Positions 37,517-51,194 of a DNA stretch of 64,000 bases are shown piece by piece. The position numbers and the translations under genes are program-made. How positions within the stretch are numbered: position 1 is the stretch's first letter; each line of letters opens with the position of its first letter. Location: the NCBI GenBank assembly GCA_964016885.1, contig OZ024740.1:377208001-377272000 (forward strand), given 5' to 3'. The notes under the pieces are model-generated. The model ran no database searches. It was not told the DNA's origin and saw only the letters and a program-made list of their open reading frames with translations. The stretch is from Eledone cirrhosa (taxonomy: Eukaryota).

Positions 37517-38973
37517 GACAAACATAGAATATTCGAAAATATTCTGTATGTTTATAATAAACATTTTGAAGACCCAATCGCTATAGAATAGAATACGTCA
37601 CGTATTACAATTTGAGATTCTCGATAAAAGCAAGGGAAGTAATCTACGCGTTTCATTCTTATTAGAAATCATCAGGATTACATATCCAATGCTTTTATCG
37701 AGAACGACACAGCTAGAGACTTATAGAATACTTAGCTGTGTACAGGAACTGGTTTGAAAGAGCGGTAGCCGGTCCGGCAGAAATTAGAATTTGGATTTAA
37801 TGCTCTGAAATAGCGATATATATGTGAAGACAAACATAGAATATTCGAAAATATTCTGTATGTTTATAATAAACATTTTGAAGACCCAATCGCTATAGAA
37901 TAGAATACGTCACGTATTACAATTTGAGATTCTCGATAAAAGCAAGGGAAGTAATCTACGCGTTTCATTCTTATTAGAAATCATCAGGATTACATATCCA
38001 ATGCTTTTATTGAGAACGACACAGCTAGAGACTTATAGAATACTTAGCTGTGTACAGGAACTGGTTTGAAAGAACGGTAGCCGGTCCGGCAGAAATTAGA
38101 ATTTGGATTTAATGCTCTGAAATAGCGATATATATGTGAAGACAAACATAGAATATTCGAAAATATTCTGTATGTTTATAATAAACATTTTGAAGACCCA
38201 ATCGCTATAGAATAGAATACGTCACGTATTACAATTTGAGATTCTCGATAAAAGCAAGGGAAGTAATCTACGCGTTTCATTCTTATGAGAAATCATCAGG
38301 ATTACATATCCAATGCTTTTATCGAGAACGACACAGCTAGAGACTTATAGAATACTTAGCTGTGTACAGGAACTGGTTTGAAAGAGCGGTAGCCGGTCCG
38401 GCAGAAATTAGAATTTGGATTTAATGCTCTGAAATAGCGATATATATGTGAAGACAAACATAGAATATTCGAAAATATTCTGTATGTTTATAATAGATTA
38501 CTTCCCTTGCTTTTATCGAGAATCTCAAATTGTAATACGTGACGTATTCTATTCTATAGCGATTGGGTCTTCAAAATGTTTATTATAAACATACAGAATA
38601 TTTTCGAATATTCTATGTTTGTCTTCACATATATATCGCTATTTCAGAGCATTAAATCCAAATTCTAATTTCTGCCGGACCGGCTACCACTCTTTCAAAC
38701 CAGTTCCTGTACACAGCTAAGTATTCTATAAGTCTCTAGCTGTGTCGTTCTCGATAAAAGCATTGGATATGTAATCCTGATGATTTCTAATAAGAATGAA
38801 ACGCGTAGATTACTTCCCTTGCTTTTATCGAGAATCTCAAATTGTAATACGTGACGTATTCTATTCTATAGCGATTGGGTCTTCAAAATGTTTATTATAA
38901 ACATACAGAATATTTTCGAATATTCTATGTTTGTCTTCACATATATATTGCTATTTCAGAGCATTAAATCCAA
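37512..38973. repeat. Tandem array of 312-bp structured units (3.1 copies) followed by about 1.5 inverted copies (family E2)
   Basis: gaagacaaacatagaat at 37514, 37826, 38138 and 38450. Strand switch at about 38495. (TA)n flanks. Confidence 0.92.
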
Positions 38974-39005
<32 letters not shown>

Positions 39006-39107
39006 ATAGATATATACGATATATACATGTATATATATATACATGTATATATATATATTTATATATACAAACATATATATACATATGTATATTATATATA
39101 TATAAAT

Positions 39108-39842
39108 AAATGGAAAAAATTTCATTTCTCACTCTTAGTACGGCTGTTACTTAAATATAAGTATGTATACGTACATACATATATGTATACAGACTTACAG
39201 TAGTATGTATATATATACATACATGCACACAAATATATATGTACGTATGGATTTACCGAGCATTATTATAATGCTCGGTTTGTTTGTAAACAAACATCCC
39301 GAATTAAGCCAAACAGTGTTTAGCAACCATCGTTGCCCTTTTGTTCAACACTGACAAAGGAACGATGTACTAGTTTCAAGCTTATTAGCTATCGTCAGCA
39401 CCGTATACCTTCCTGCCTGATGATTGAACGTCTGAAAGTATATACTTTCCTTATGCATATTAACGGCTGAGCAGCCTAATTTGCATATCGAGTGAGTTAA
39501 TCGGCCGGGCGCACCGAAAACGATAAATGGAAAAAAATGAAACGAAATATCATTTCTCACTCTTAGTACGGCTGTTACTTAAATATAAGTATGTATACGT
39601 ACATATATATATATATATGTATACAGACGTACAGTAGTATGTATATATATATACATACATGCACACATATATATATGGGATGTTTGTTTACAAACAAACC
39701 GAGCATTAAAATAAATGCTCGGTAAATCCATACGTACATATATGTGTGCATGTATGTATATATATATACATACTACTGTACGTCTGTATACATATATATA
39801 TGTACGTATACATACTTATATTAAAGTAACAGCCGTACTGTA
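39108..39842. mobile_element. Diverged subfamily of family F with hammerhead at 39361-39405 (-)
   Basis: acggtg CTGACGA tagct-aata-agctt GAAA ctag TA catcgt. Unit plus partial repeat plus inverted piece at 39678-39842. Confidence 0.85.
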
Positions 39843-39847
39843 GAACC

Positions 39848-39891
<44 letters not shown>

Positions 39892-39928
39892 TATACATAT
39901 ATATATATATACATATACATATATATAC

Positions 39929-40010
<82 letters not shown>

Positions 40011-40012
40011 AC

Positions 40013-40055
<43 letters not shown>

Positions 40056-40059
40056 TACA

Positions 40060-40097
<38 letters not shown>

Positions 40098-40107
40098 CAT
40101 ATATACA

Positions 40108-40157
<50 letters not shown>

Positions 40158-40160
40158 TAC

Positions 40161-40263
<103 letters not shown>

Positions 40264-40309
40264 TATACATATATATATGTATACATATTCAGATATATAT
40301 ATATATATA

Positions 40310-41002
40310 TAGACGATTCGCTGGCTGGATCTTGAGGACTTTCCTTACAAGAGATCGAGACACCATGTTGACACTGTGGAGGACTTTTGTCCTAAGCCGC
40401 CTGGACTACTGCTCCCAGCTGTGGTCACCCCATAGTGTCAAACTAACCACGGAGCTTGAGGCAATCCAGCAAAGCTACACCAAAAGGATTGCCAAGATGA
40501 GGGAGACGAGCTACTGGGAGAGGCTGAAGGAACTGAACCTCTACTCCTTGGAGCGAAGACGGGAGAGATACGCAGTGATCTACATGTGGAAAATCCTGGA
40601 GGGACTAGCACCAAACTTTGGCATTGGGAGCTGGACCAACCGTCGAACAGGACGTCACTGTGTGGTGTCAAAGGTCCCGTCTTCCACATCTAGAATAAGG
40701 AGCAGGTATTGCAATAGCCTGGGATTCAAGGGCCCTCAACTCTTCAACAGGCTGCCGAGGCATCTGCGAGACTTGCATGACGTGGAGGTGGATGTCTTTA
40801 AGAAACATCTCGACACCTTGTTATCCAGGATCCCGGATGAGTCCACAGCAAGACACGAGGGAAACCTAAGGGCAGCAGCAACAAACTCCCTCCTACACCA
40901 GTGGCCAACCTATACAGGCTGGAGATAAAATGTGTAGCAACAAGGGCGGTGCCCCAGCATGGCCTCAGCCGGATGGCTGAAACAGGTAAAAGAGTAAAAG
41001 AG
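40310..41002 (+). mobile_element. 5'-truncated CR1/L2-group LINE 3' end
   Basis: [19 protein letters not shown]...LEAIQ..YTK...[19 protein letters not shown], followed by a short tail ending in taaaagag repeats. Confidence 0.85.
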
Positions 41003-41061
41003 AATATATATACACATATACATATATATACATATATATATACATATTCAGATATATATTC

Positions 41062-41108
<47 letters not shown>

Positions 41109-41153
41109 TATATATACATATATATATATATATACATATTCAGATATATATTC

Positions 41154-41206
<53 letters not shown>

Positions 41207-41207
41207 C

Positions 41208-41262
<55 letters not shown>

Positions 41263-41315
41263 CATTTATATATACATGTATATATATACATGTATATATA
41301 TATACATGTATATAT

Positions 41316-41363
<48 letters not shown>

Positions 41364-41385
41364 ATATATAAATATATATACATAT

Positions 41386-41467
<82 letters not shown>

Positions 41468-41621
41468 ATATATAAATATATATACATACATGTATATATA
41501 TAAATATATATACATATATACATGTATATATATATATATATACATGTATATATACATGTATATATATATATACATATATATATACACATGTATATATATA
41601 TATATACATGTATATATACAA

Positions 41622-41673
<52 letters not shown>

Positions 41674-41683
41674 ATATATATAT

Positions 41684-42553
41684 TCTACCATTAAAACCCG
41701 GCGTTGCTCGGGGTCATTAAGTTACCAAAGTTAGGTTGCACCACACATTTTATGGCAGCACTGCGTGAATGAATTGCAGACCTGGAAGCATGAGCTGCGC
41801 CAGCAGTGACAATTGTAGTTTCGCCTATGGATATTATCTCTGTGCAAAAAAGTGTTGAAATTTATTGTTTCACAGTACTTGCGCAACACGCGCGTAGACG
41901 ATGCCAGCCGAACAACAGAGCTGCGATGGAGTTGTTCTGCATGGTTGTCTGTGTATTTTCTAAATTTAAGACAGCAGGGAGGGTTATGAGGGAGAGTTAG
42001 CTGTTGTTTCTAGCTGGTTTAGTGACCTCATAGAGGATATGTGTTTTCTAAATTTAAGACAGTAGGGAGTGGTGTGATATGGGGGAGAGTTAGCTGCTGT
42101 TTCTAGCAGGTTTAGTGACCTCATAGAAGATATGTTTTCTAAATTTAAGACAGTAGGGAGGGGTGTGATATGGGGGAGAGTTAGTTGCTGTTTCTAGCAG
42201 GTTTAGTAACCTCATAGAGGATATGTGTTTTCTAAATTTAAGACAGTAGGGAGTGGTGTGAAGGGACAGTATCACCATCAAGCTTGGAAAGAGAATGTAG
42301 CAGAAAGTATGAAGTTGTATAGATTTTGAATGGTAGTAGAAAGAGTTCAGCAGTTTAAATGAGAGAGGAAAATCGTAAAATATTGAGTTTTATCTATTTT
42401 TTGCGTAATTGTGGGTGAAATTGAAAAAATTATCTGCGTCAAGACGCAATCGAAACTATTTCGAGTACTGAATTGTAAATTTCAATTGAAGAAATTCTAT
42501 ATCGTAGATTTCTATAACGAAGGAGCATGACCACACACTGAGCTTTATAGATT
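41684..42553 (-). mobile_element. Probable non-autonomous Helitron with internal minisatellite
   Basis: Subterminal hairpin cccggcgttgctcggg next to cta, and the other end ctttatagat. About 90-bp unit repeated 3.3 times at 41950-42262. Confidence 0.55.
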
Positions 42554-42556
42554 ATG

Positions 42557-42597
<41 letters not shown>

Positions 42598-43041
42598 TAT
42601 ATATATATGCATACACATTACCGCCAGGAAAGCCTGATTATTTCTTTTGAATGAAACAGTTCTAGCCCTGTAGAGCCCATATCTTGATATAAGAGATAGT
42701 TATCTTTATAAAATTATGAATTAATATTCACTGCTCCATCAATGTTGAGCTGATTTAGATGGTTTTGGCTGTTATTTCCAGCATCAATATGTGCCTGTCG
42801 TATTTTCCTAGTACCTTAAGTATAAAATATTCATACAGCATTTCAGTATTGTAACACGTTGTCTCGCCATATGTTCTACTAAAGGCATGGTATGTATCAT
42901 ATATATTCAACTTGTTCTTTTGGCTGGAATATATTAATTTAGAAATTCAACTATACAACACCTTGTTCATCATATGGTCTAGCAGCGGAAAGGTATATAT
43001 GATATATTTTCAACTTGTCGTTTTATTTCTCTGAAGAATTC

Positions 43042-43140
43042 ACCTTCTGATGAAGAAACTTAAATTCTTCCAATATTGGTTATTCCAAATCTTGGATTTC
43101 CTGATGTTGTATTTTGAGTTTCAGAAACCATAGTCGGAGT
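43042..43140 (+). ncRNA. Degenerate hammerhead with long stem II
   Basis: acctt CTGATGA agaaacttaaa...tttgagtttca GAAA ccatag TC ggagt. Stem I is weak. Confidence 0.45.
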
Positions 43141-43312
43141 ATTATATAAGTTAAAACCGACTTTTTTAGCCGATGTGGCTTGTATCGCCACCAAAATAAG
43201 ATTTTGGCTTAAGTTTGATATATCTGAGTGAATAATTCATTAATCTCCTGTCATTGAGATGCTTACGTATTAGAGACAGTTAACGTTACAGAGTTATAAA
43301 TTAATATATATA

Positions 43313-44225
43313 CGAGGTTTGTCAGAAAACTTCCAGGACTGATGTCACAAAAGATTTATTTCAAACCCAAACTTCACACTAACAGTTTTCTCCTTCAAAG
43401 TAATCCGCCTGGAGTCTAATGCACTTTTCCATCCTTTTCTGCTACACTTGCATGCACTCCTGGAAGGATTCTTCCGGGATCCTCCGCAGTTCCGTCGTCA
43501 CAGCCTTTTTGATGTCGTCCACGTCTTTAAAACAGGTCCCCTCCGGGTCGTACTCGAAGATCCATGACTCATCACCGGTGATGACTGTCTCTAGCAAGTC
43601 TGGTTCGGTTTCAAGACGCTCGAGGATGTCCTGGCACACTTGCATGCGTCGACCCTTCTGGTCATCGTTCAGCAGTTTTGGCTCCATCTTAGCGCAGACT
43701 TTCCGCATGTCCAAATCTTCAGTGAGAATCTTCCAGACGCTGTCCCGATTCATGCCCAACTCATTTGCCATCAGTCGAACAGTCAGCCGACGATCGCTAC
43801 GCCCCATCTGCCTGGCGCGCTCAACGTTGACCTCAGTCCTGGTTGTTGAGGGCCTTCCGCTCCTGGGGTGATCTTCCACGTCCTCGCGTCCTTTTAAACC
43901 TCTTGCACCACGAAAAAACACGTGAGCATGACATCGTCTCATCTCCATACACTTGCTGCAGCAATCCCAGTGCCTCTAACGGAGTTTTCCCCAACCGTAC
44001 CAGAAATTTCAAGTTTGTTCGTTGCTCTGTGCTCATTGCTTGACGACCTGAAACAGAGGACATGTATATAAAATTATGAAGAAAACATTTTGATCGCTGC
44101 AGAGAGCTAAGATTACAGTTACATACTCCAGGGGGGTACTTTGAAGGAGAACACTCTCAGTGTGAAGTTTGGGTTTGAAATAAATCTTTTGTGACATCAG
44201 CCCTGGAACTTTTCTGACACACCTC

Positions 44226-44226
<1 letters not shown>
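43313..44226 (-). mobile_element. Internally deleted mariner transposon
   Basis: About 70-bp TIRs (cgaggtttgtcagaaaacttccagg / cctggaacttttctgacacacctcg) with TA TSD. Frameshifted transposase EQRTNLKFL...W.KRF...RSGRPS...ITGDESWIFEYDPE fused directly to the C-terminus. Confidence 0.92.
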
Positions 44227-44288
<62 letters not shown>

Positions 44289-44359
44289 TATATTATATAC
44301 ATATATATATATATTATATACATGTATATATACATATATATGTATATATACATATATAT

Positions 44360-45228
44360 ATCATAAATCATGTTCTTTGAATTATTTTAGATAAAATATA
44401 TACCATTTACACTCCCAATTAGCATAATTAACCATATAAAAAATCAATTAGACCAAGCTATAAGAATAAAGGCTCTTATGAAGAAATTTCCGACAAATAA
44501 CCGAAAGCGGCCTCTTCGCGGTGGCCCCTATAGAGTATTTATCCAACATTTCAACAGCATGTAGAAACTGACTAAATATACCGTCAACCATACACAATTA
44601 GGTGTAAATTCAAACTTAGAAGAAATGTGTACATACCGTAATTATATCTCTACCATGGTTTCATCCGTATTTTTAGACATCCAATTAATAGGATATGTCC
44701 GGAGTATCGGATTCATCAGGAGACAAACTCAAAATTAGACATTTAGTTTTCCAAAGTGATCGCGCCAAAAATAGATTCAAAAATGGCTAAGAATCGTGAT
44801 CTACCAGTGGTCAAAGAATGTGATTAGTTGCTTACGGCGGGTAGGCTTGTTGCTAGAAAGCGCAGCCAAATATCGCCTAATTGTATCTCAACCTAACGGG
44901 AGATTATTAAATATAAAGGTTTACATATACATAAAGTTATATATATATATATGTTGCAACCGGTCACTTTGTGGCTCTATGAAGAATTAATAAATTAAAT
45001 AATCAGAGCAATATATCATAAATCATGTCTTTAGAATTATTAGATAAAATATATACCATTTCCTCTCCGAATTAGCATAATTAACCATATATTTTATCTA
45101 ATAATTCTAAGGACATGATTTATGATATATTGCTCTGATTATTTAATTTATTAATTCTTCATAGAGCCACATAGTGACCGGTTGCAACATATATATCTAT
45201 GACTTAATGTATATGTAAACCTTTATAT
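44360..45228. mobile_element. Family D full unit (about 653 bp) plus terminal redundancy and inverted piece; hammerhead at 44645-44724 (-)
   Basis: tatcataaatcatg at about 44360 and 45013. 45090-45228 is inverted. Motif tgtctc CTGATGA atccg...cggat GAAA ccatgg TA gagata. Confidence 0.85.
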
Positions 45229-45304
45229 TATACATATATATATACATATATATACATATATATATATATTATATACATAAATACATATTATATATATATT
45301 ATAT

Positions 45305-45445
45305 TACTGGTGCTTTATTTTATCGACCCTGTAAGGAAGAAAGGTGAGGTTAACTTTGCCTTTCATCCTTACGGGGTCGATAAAATAACGTACCAGTAAT
45401 ACACTGGGATAATTGCTGGCCTCGTGCCAAAAGAAGAAACAATTA
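45305..45445 (+). mobile_element. Truncated Nin/Deu-domain SINE with inverted 5' piece
   Basis: actggtgctttattttatcgaccctgtaagg is inverted relative to ccttacggggtcgataaaataacgtaccagt. Confidence 0.7.
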
Positions 45446-45467
45446 TATACATATATTATATACATAA

Positions 45468-45557
<90 letters not shown>

Positions 45558-46574
45558 GTATGTATATATATATATAAACTTAAGAAAATTAACAAAGGAC
45601 AACGAACGGGAAAAAAAACGATTTTTTAAAAAAAAAATAAATGTAAAAACGAAGGACACAGAACTCCATGCTCATCGACCGTTGAGATAGTCTTGGGCAG
45701 TTTCAACCCCTACCAACGGTACTACGGGTCTATCCAACCGGAGTCACAGCGTTGGAAAGAGCCAAACGCTGTCCAAAGGAGTGACAGAAGAAAGACAAAC
45801 AGTAATTTATAGCCGTTACGCTACAAACATATACAATTTTGTGTGACGTTAGGGAAAATGTCTTGTGCCTCACATAGTACGTAAAACATGAGTGAAACAA
45901 AGAAAAAAATTGGAAGAAAAAAAGCAAGAAGAGGAAAGTAAGATATCATGTTAGAAAACGTAAGCCATTAAAATAAATGTGTGTGGGGGGGGGGGGGGGA
46001 ACACACGTTCACTACATTAGACAACGAATGGAAACAAAACAAAACGAAAAACTATTTTGTGCATGCGTATGTGTGTGTGTGGTTACAGTTTGTTTATGCT
46101 TTTCACCAAAATGCGATTTCACCAAAATAAATCGATGAGATATACACCAGAATTGAAAACATAAATATTGTATGATGAACAACATCGGCTAGATGCTTTC
46201 AAGGCGGCACCCCAAATGGCAACAATCTAAAGACTTGACAATTGAAATAAATATAAAATAATAAAATATCCATATATTCGTGTTTGTATCTATGTTTATG
46301 ACATATATTTATATAATGTTTTACATATTACTATTTTACTGGTTTCAATCATTGGAATTGGGTCATGCTTGGGTACCGCTTTAAGGATTGTATTTACCCA
46401 GGATGCGCCGCATAATTGGCGCCCCAACAACCCTGGAGGGTCGAGCAAAGAGTGAAGTAATATATATATATATATATATCGTAATAAATGGATGCTTAAG
46501 TACGATCAGCAAACTACAACTATCAACTCGGTGTATATCGCCTTTCCTTCCCTTCTCTTAACCTTTTCTGTCTC

Positions 46575-46634
<60 letters not shown>

Positions 46635-47505
46635 CTCTTTCTTTCTCTCTCTCTCTCTCGCTCTCTGTCTATCTCCCTCCTTCTCCACATCTATCAACCT
46701 GCTCTCTGTGGGAATAAATAATTACAAACTTGATAATATCAACACAATGCCTAAGTTGTCACTTTGAGAGTAAGCAGTATAATAAAACCACTTGTTGGAC
46801 CCCAGTCACAACATTTAGATTAAGCTATCTGTATTCTTCACAACTCTCTCTCCCATTTCTCCTACCCCTACATATCCATCTCTGCCTCTCCCTTTCTTTC
46901 TCTCTTCCTTTTCTACTCTATCTTCCCCAATTACTCCCTTTAAGAAATATAAAGAAACCATGATTCAACCATTCGTTCTGAAGATTTGGTGGTACGATCA
47001 TCATTTGAAAATTGAGTATTTGCAAATTAATAACTACTAATTTGCATATAGCATGACTAGGCTGAGTAACTACTAAAGAAACATTTGTAAAAACTTGGAA
47101 TAAATTACCTTTTTATGATTTCTACCTGTTTTATTAATCATTCTTTATCTACACTTCGGAATATAAAAAAATCGGAAACCTAGTTTCTTTAACTGTTCTT
47201 TTGTAACTCGTTGAGTAACCCCCTCACCGTACGTCGACTCTATTTAGTGTAGTAATTAACCATTACTGCATTCAGTTTAATCCTAAGCATTTCTTGCATA
47301 ACCTAATAATATATATATATATATATATACTTATCCGCCCACGTCACACATCTTGACAAACACTTTTCAACCCCCTAATTTCACTCCTCCTGATAAAGGA
47401 CTAAGCTCCGATATGTTGAAAGATTCATTTTCATTTTCCAACAAGCATGAAACTAATAAGACTTCGTGCAATTGTATTTCTGTGTTTGACTTTTTAATGT
47501 TGAAC

Positions 47506-47592
<87 letters not shown>

Positions 47593-47799
47593 AACCTAGT
47601 GGCAGTGTAAGTATTATACTTATTCTGTATCCTTATTTTTTTTAGTTAGATTATTCTCTGCAAAATAACAGTTTTGTGGTTTCCTGTGATATTGGCAGTG
47701 TGCAAAGCTCTAATGTCTTGGATTATTGGTCTTAATTTTCCCATGGAGCCATCATAGAGCCACATGATCGTTATATATTGTATAATCGATCTCTTTTTA

Positions 47800-48122
47800 T
47801 ATACATTTTTTTTGTGGCCTCCCTCGGTCATTAAGGAGCATGGTTTTGCACCGAGAAAGTTTCTCTTTGAGACACATGCCTGGCAATGTTTGTTTGTGGA
47901 AGACCAGCAGTCGACCATGCATATCAGTCTCCCCTCTCCACGCCACCATTGTTGTTCAAGGGAAAGGCCAATACACATTGGCACCAGTGACGTCGCAACT
48001 CATTTCTACAGCTGATGAGTGAACTGGAGCAAAGACACAACACATCACCCGGTCAGTCCGAGAATCGAACTCACAGCTTTTCAATTGCAAGCCCACGCTC
48101 TAAACACTAAGCCATGCGCCTT
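47800..48122 (-). mobile_element. tRNA-derived SINE
   Basis: aaggcgcatggcttagtg head and gagttcgattc B-box. Related to 5531. Confidence 0.65.
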
Positions 48123-48123
48123 C

Positions 48124-48177
<54 letters not shown>

Positions 48178-48267
48178 TATAGATATATATATATTTATAT
48201 ATATATACATATACATATACATATATATATATATATATATACATACATATATACATACATATACATA

Positions 48268-48874
48268 TGGTGGCTGCCAACTCGTTTTCGAGTATGGCCA
48301 CTACTTTATATCCATGTAGGAGAACTCCTACCGATGCGCTGAACGAATGTGACTTTAGTCCAGCCAGCGACTTGAAAACTCTGGTACAAACACTACACTT
48401 GTGACAATTATTGACCCATGGTGCTAGGCCCATGGTACCATGTGACGACAAGTGCAGAGAGATCTCTAGATATAAAGCAATGCCTGTGCCGTGAAGCTTT
48501 TATAGTGAGCAAAGGCACTGCACAAATCCAGTCCCACTCTCTTAACCAAGATGATATTTACCAAAAAGAAGAACAAGTCAACATCATTGGATACCATCAG
48601 AGTTGCAGGTGTTATATCAGAGTTTTCCTTCTCCTAGAATTCTGCCTTGACAAAGGCTAAGGGGTCATCTCTCCCGGTGATTTTGGATGGCCATTGACTC
48701 TTAAGAGCTCCTTTGCCCTTTGACAGGTTTTGTTTTTAGTCCTGCAGGATGTCCAAAGTCACCCTCCTCACCAAGAAACCTTAGTGGGGTTGCCAGTTTA
48801 TTCGCCAACGACCCGACCATGGGACAGGTTGTACTGGAATACATGTTACCAGTAGCACCAAGTGGTGACCTGAC
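48268..48874 (-). mobile_element. RTE-derived bipartite non-autonomous element
   Basis: Copy of 36871-37480. Retains a zinc-finger relic [17 protein letters not shown]. Confidence 0.8.
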
Positions 48875-48955
48875 ATAAACTAATAATGATCACAAATGCA
48901 TGCTACCTAATGTTTCAAGCTTATCATATATATATATATACATATACATATATAT

Positions 48956-49037
<82 letters not shown>

Positions 49038-49042
49038 GTATG

Positions 49043-49148
<106 letters not shown>

Positions 49149-49296
49149 AAGCTTGAAACATTAGGTAGCATGCATTTGTGTTCATTAATAGTTTATGACC
49201 CTGTGATATACAGGCGAAACTCTAGGGTAACAAGACTCACTATTTAGCCTTAATAAAAGAAATATTGAAACTACATTTCTCTTACTCGTCAAGCAC

Positions 49297-49339
<43 letters not shown>

Positions 49340-49369
49340 AAAGAATAGAGGTGTAACACACAAGTTATT

Positions 49370-49949
49370 ATATATTGGTAAACGGAATAGAAAATGCTGA
49401 CAAATTGTTCACAGTTGAAAAATGGTTTAATAAGGAATAAAAGAGTATTAGTAATTGTATGGGTTAGTATTCAGTTGTGGTTTTAAGTTTTTAAGTTTTT
49501 ACCGGTTGCGCATTTCTAAATGCTTTTCAAAAATAATTTTGAGATAGAGTGTCCGTGTTGTTTGCTCTGATCTGATTAGTTTTGGGAATTCTACCTGTTT
49601 TTATGTTTAAAAAGTGGTTCCAGCGCTACTTTGGTGTTGCAAAAATTCTTGTGGTCAAAACAATTTTGATTTATCGGTAGAGGTCATGTGAATGTAAAAA
49701 ATTGATTTTGCGCCAAGACTGTTTTTATGTTAAAAAAGTGGCTCCAGCGCTACTTGGTGTTTGCAAAAATTCTTGTGGTCAAAACAATTTTGATTGGTCG
49801 GTAGAGGTAATGTGAATAAAAAATTGGTTTTGCGCCAAGATTGAGAAGCACAACTGAATACTAACGCATACAATTACTAATACTCTTTTATTCCTAATTA
49901 AACCGTTTTTCAACTGTGAACGATTTGTCAGCATTTTCTATTCCGTTTA

Positions 49950-49953
<4 letters not shown>
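49370..49953. mobile_element. Family A element with inverted terminal piece and an internal 121-bp duplication
   Basis: 49370-49475 is inverted at 49850-49953. About 49595-49715 is repeated at 49716-49840. Confidence 0.7.
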
Positions 49954-49983
<30 letters not shown>

Positions 49984-50028
49984 GTTTCGCGCCCGTCCCT
50001 TCAATCTATCTAATTTCTCATTCCTTCT

Positions 50029-50170
50029 TTTGATGAAGGACTAGCGTCTGAAACGTTAAAACCTTATTCCTGTTATTTCAAGCGTTAACCTACTATATTC
50101 TTTCCATATAATACTGTACCGATTGGATTGTTATTTCTGTTTACCTCTCGTACATATATGTATATATATA

Positions 50171-50220
<50 letters not shown>

Positions 50221-50351
50221 GTGTGTATGTATGTAACAGGTAAACAGAAATAACAACCCAATCGGTACAGTATATGGAAAGAATATAGTAGGTTAACGCT
50301 TGAAATAACAGGAATAAGGTTTTAACGTTTCGGACGCTAGTCCTTCATCAA
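50029..50351. repeat. Inverted repeat around (TA)n with degenerate hammerhead-like motif
   Basis: TTGATGA aggac-tagc-gtct/c GAAA cg TT aaaa on both arms. Stem I is poor. Confidence 0.5.
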
Positions 50352-50551
50352 ATTAGAGATTAGAGAGAGATTAGAGCAAACATCACGAACTCTATCTCAA
50401 AATTATTTTTGAAAAGCATTAGAAATGCGCAACCGGTAAAAACTTAAAACTAAAACTGAATACTAACCAATACTTATTACTAATTTATACTTATTCCTAA
50501 TTAAACTATTTTTCACTGGGAAACATTTGTCAGTATTTTCTTTTCCTTTTA

Positions 50552-50592
<41 letters not shown>

Positions 50593-51143
50593 ATAATAAT
50601 AAATGTGAATACTAAAATCCGAAGACTAAAATCCGAATAAGGATTATATATATAAATATATATAAAAACCGTAGAGCAAATATTTATTAAAATTACAGAT
50701 TAAAGTTTAAGCAAAGAATTGCTGCTTTCACCCTTAACGGGATCTTCTGAATATATGAAATAAATAGGGAACAAAGAATCAGTGTCGCCTCTTATACATA
50801 TTTAATCCCATATTACATATATTTCACTGCCGATCAGCTCGAAAAACGATCGTCTATATTCGTTTCTGACTCTGGAACCGAAATTCACATGTAGATTCAC
50901 GTCCAAATGTTGCTGAATTGTTAAACAACCGATTTGTTATTTTCGGTTGTTAGAAGAAATGGCTGATCGTCGATTTTATTATTCTATAGCAAAGCTGTCA
51001 CGTATGAACGGCATATGTACTCGGCCAGCATAATTTAACATCGTGAGTGACAGCGAAAGATGCTGAATTCTTGGTCGCATATCCCCAGAGGTTTGACCAA
51101 CACGATTTAGCGTAATAAAATATCAACGATGAACCATTTCTTC

Positions 51144-51181
<38 letters not shown>

Positions 51182-51194
51182 ATTATACATACAT

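Noticed and set aside
37765-37780. gccggtcc resembling part of a twister ribozyme
   Set aside because: The other twister elements (AAGC segment, complementary ccgg spacing, pseudoknot partners) could not be placed.
37512-38973. CRISPR-like array
   Set aside because: Units are 312-bp near-identical tandem copies with no unique spacers, no cas genes, and a eukaryotic context.
48010-48035. CTGATGA motif
   Set aside because: Lies within a SINE body with no stem II-GAAA.
50715-50755. Minus-strand CAGAAGA-ccc/ggg-GAAA motif
   Set aside because: U4 is altered, there is no UH site, and it is a single copy.
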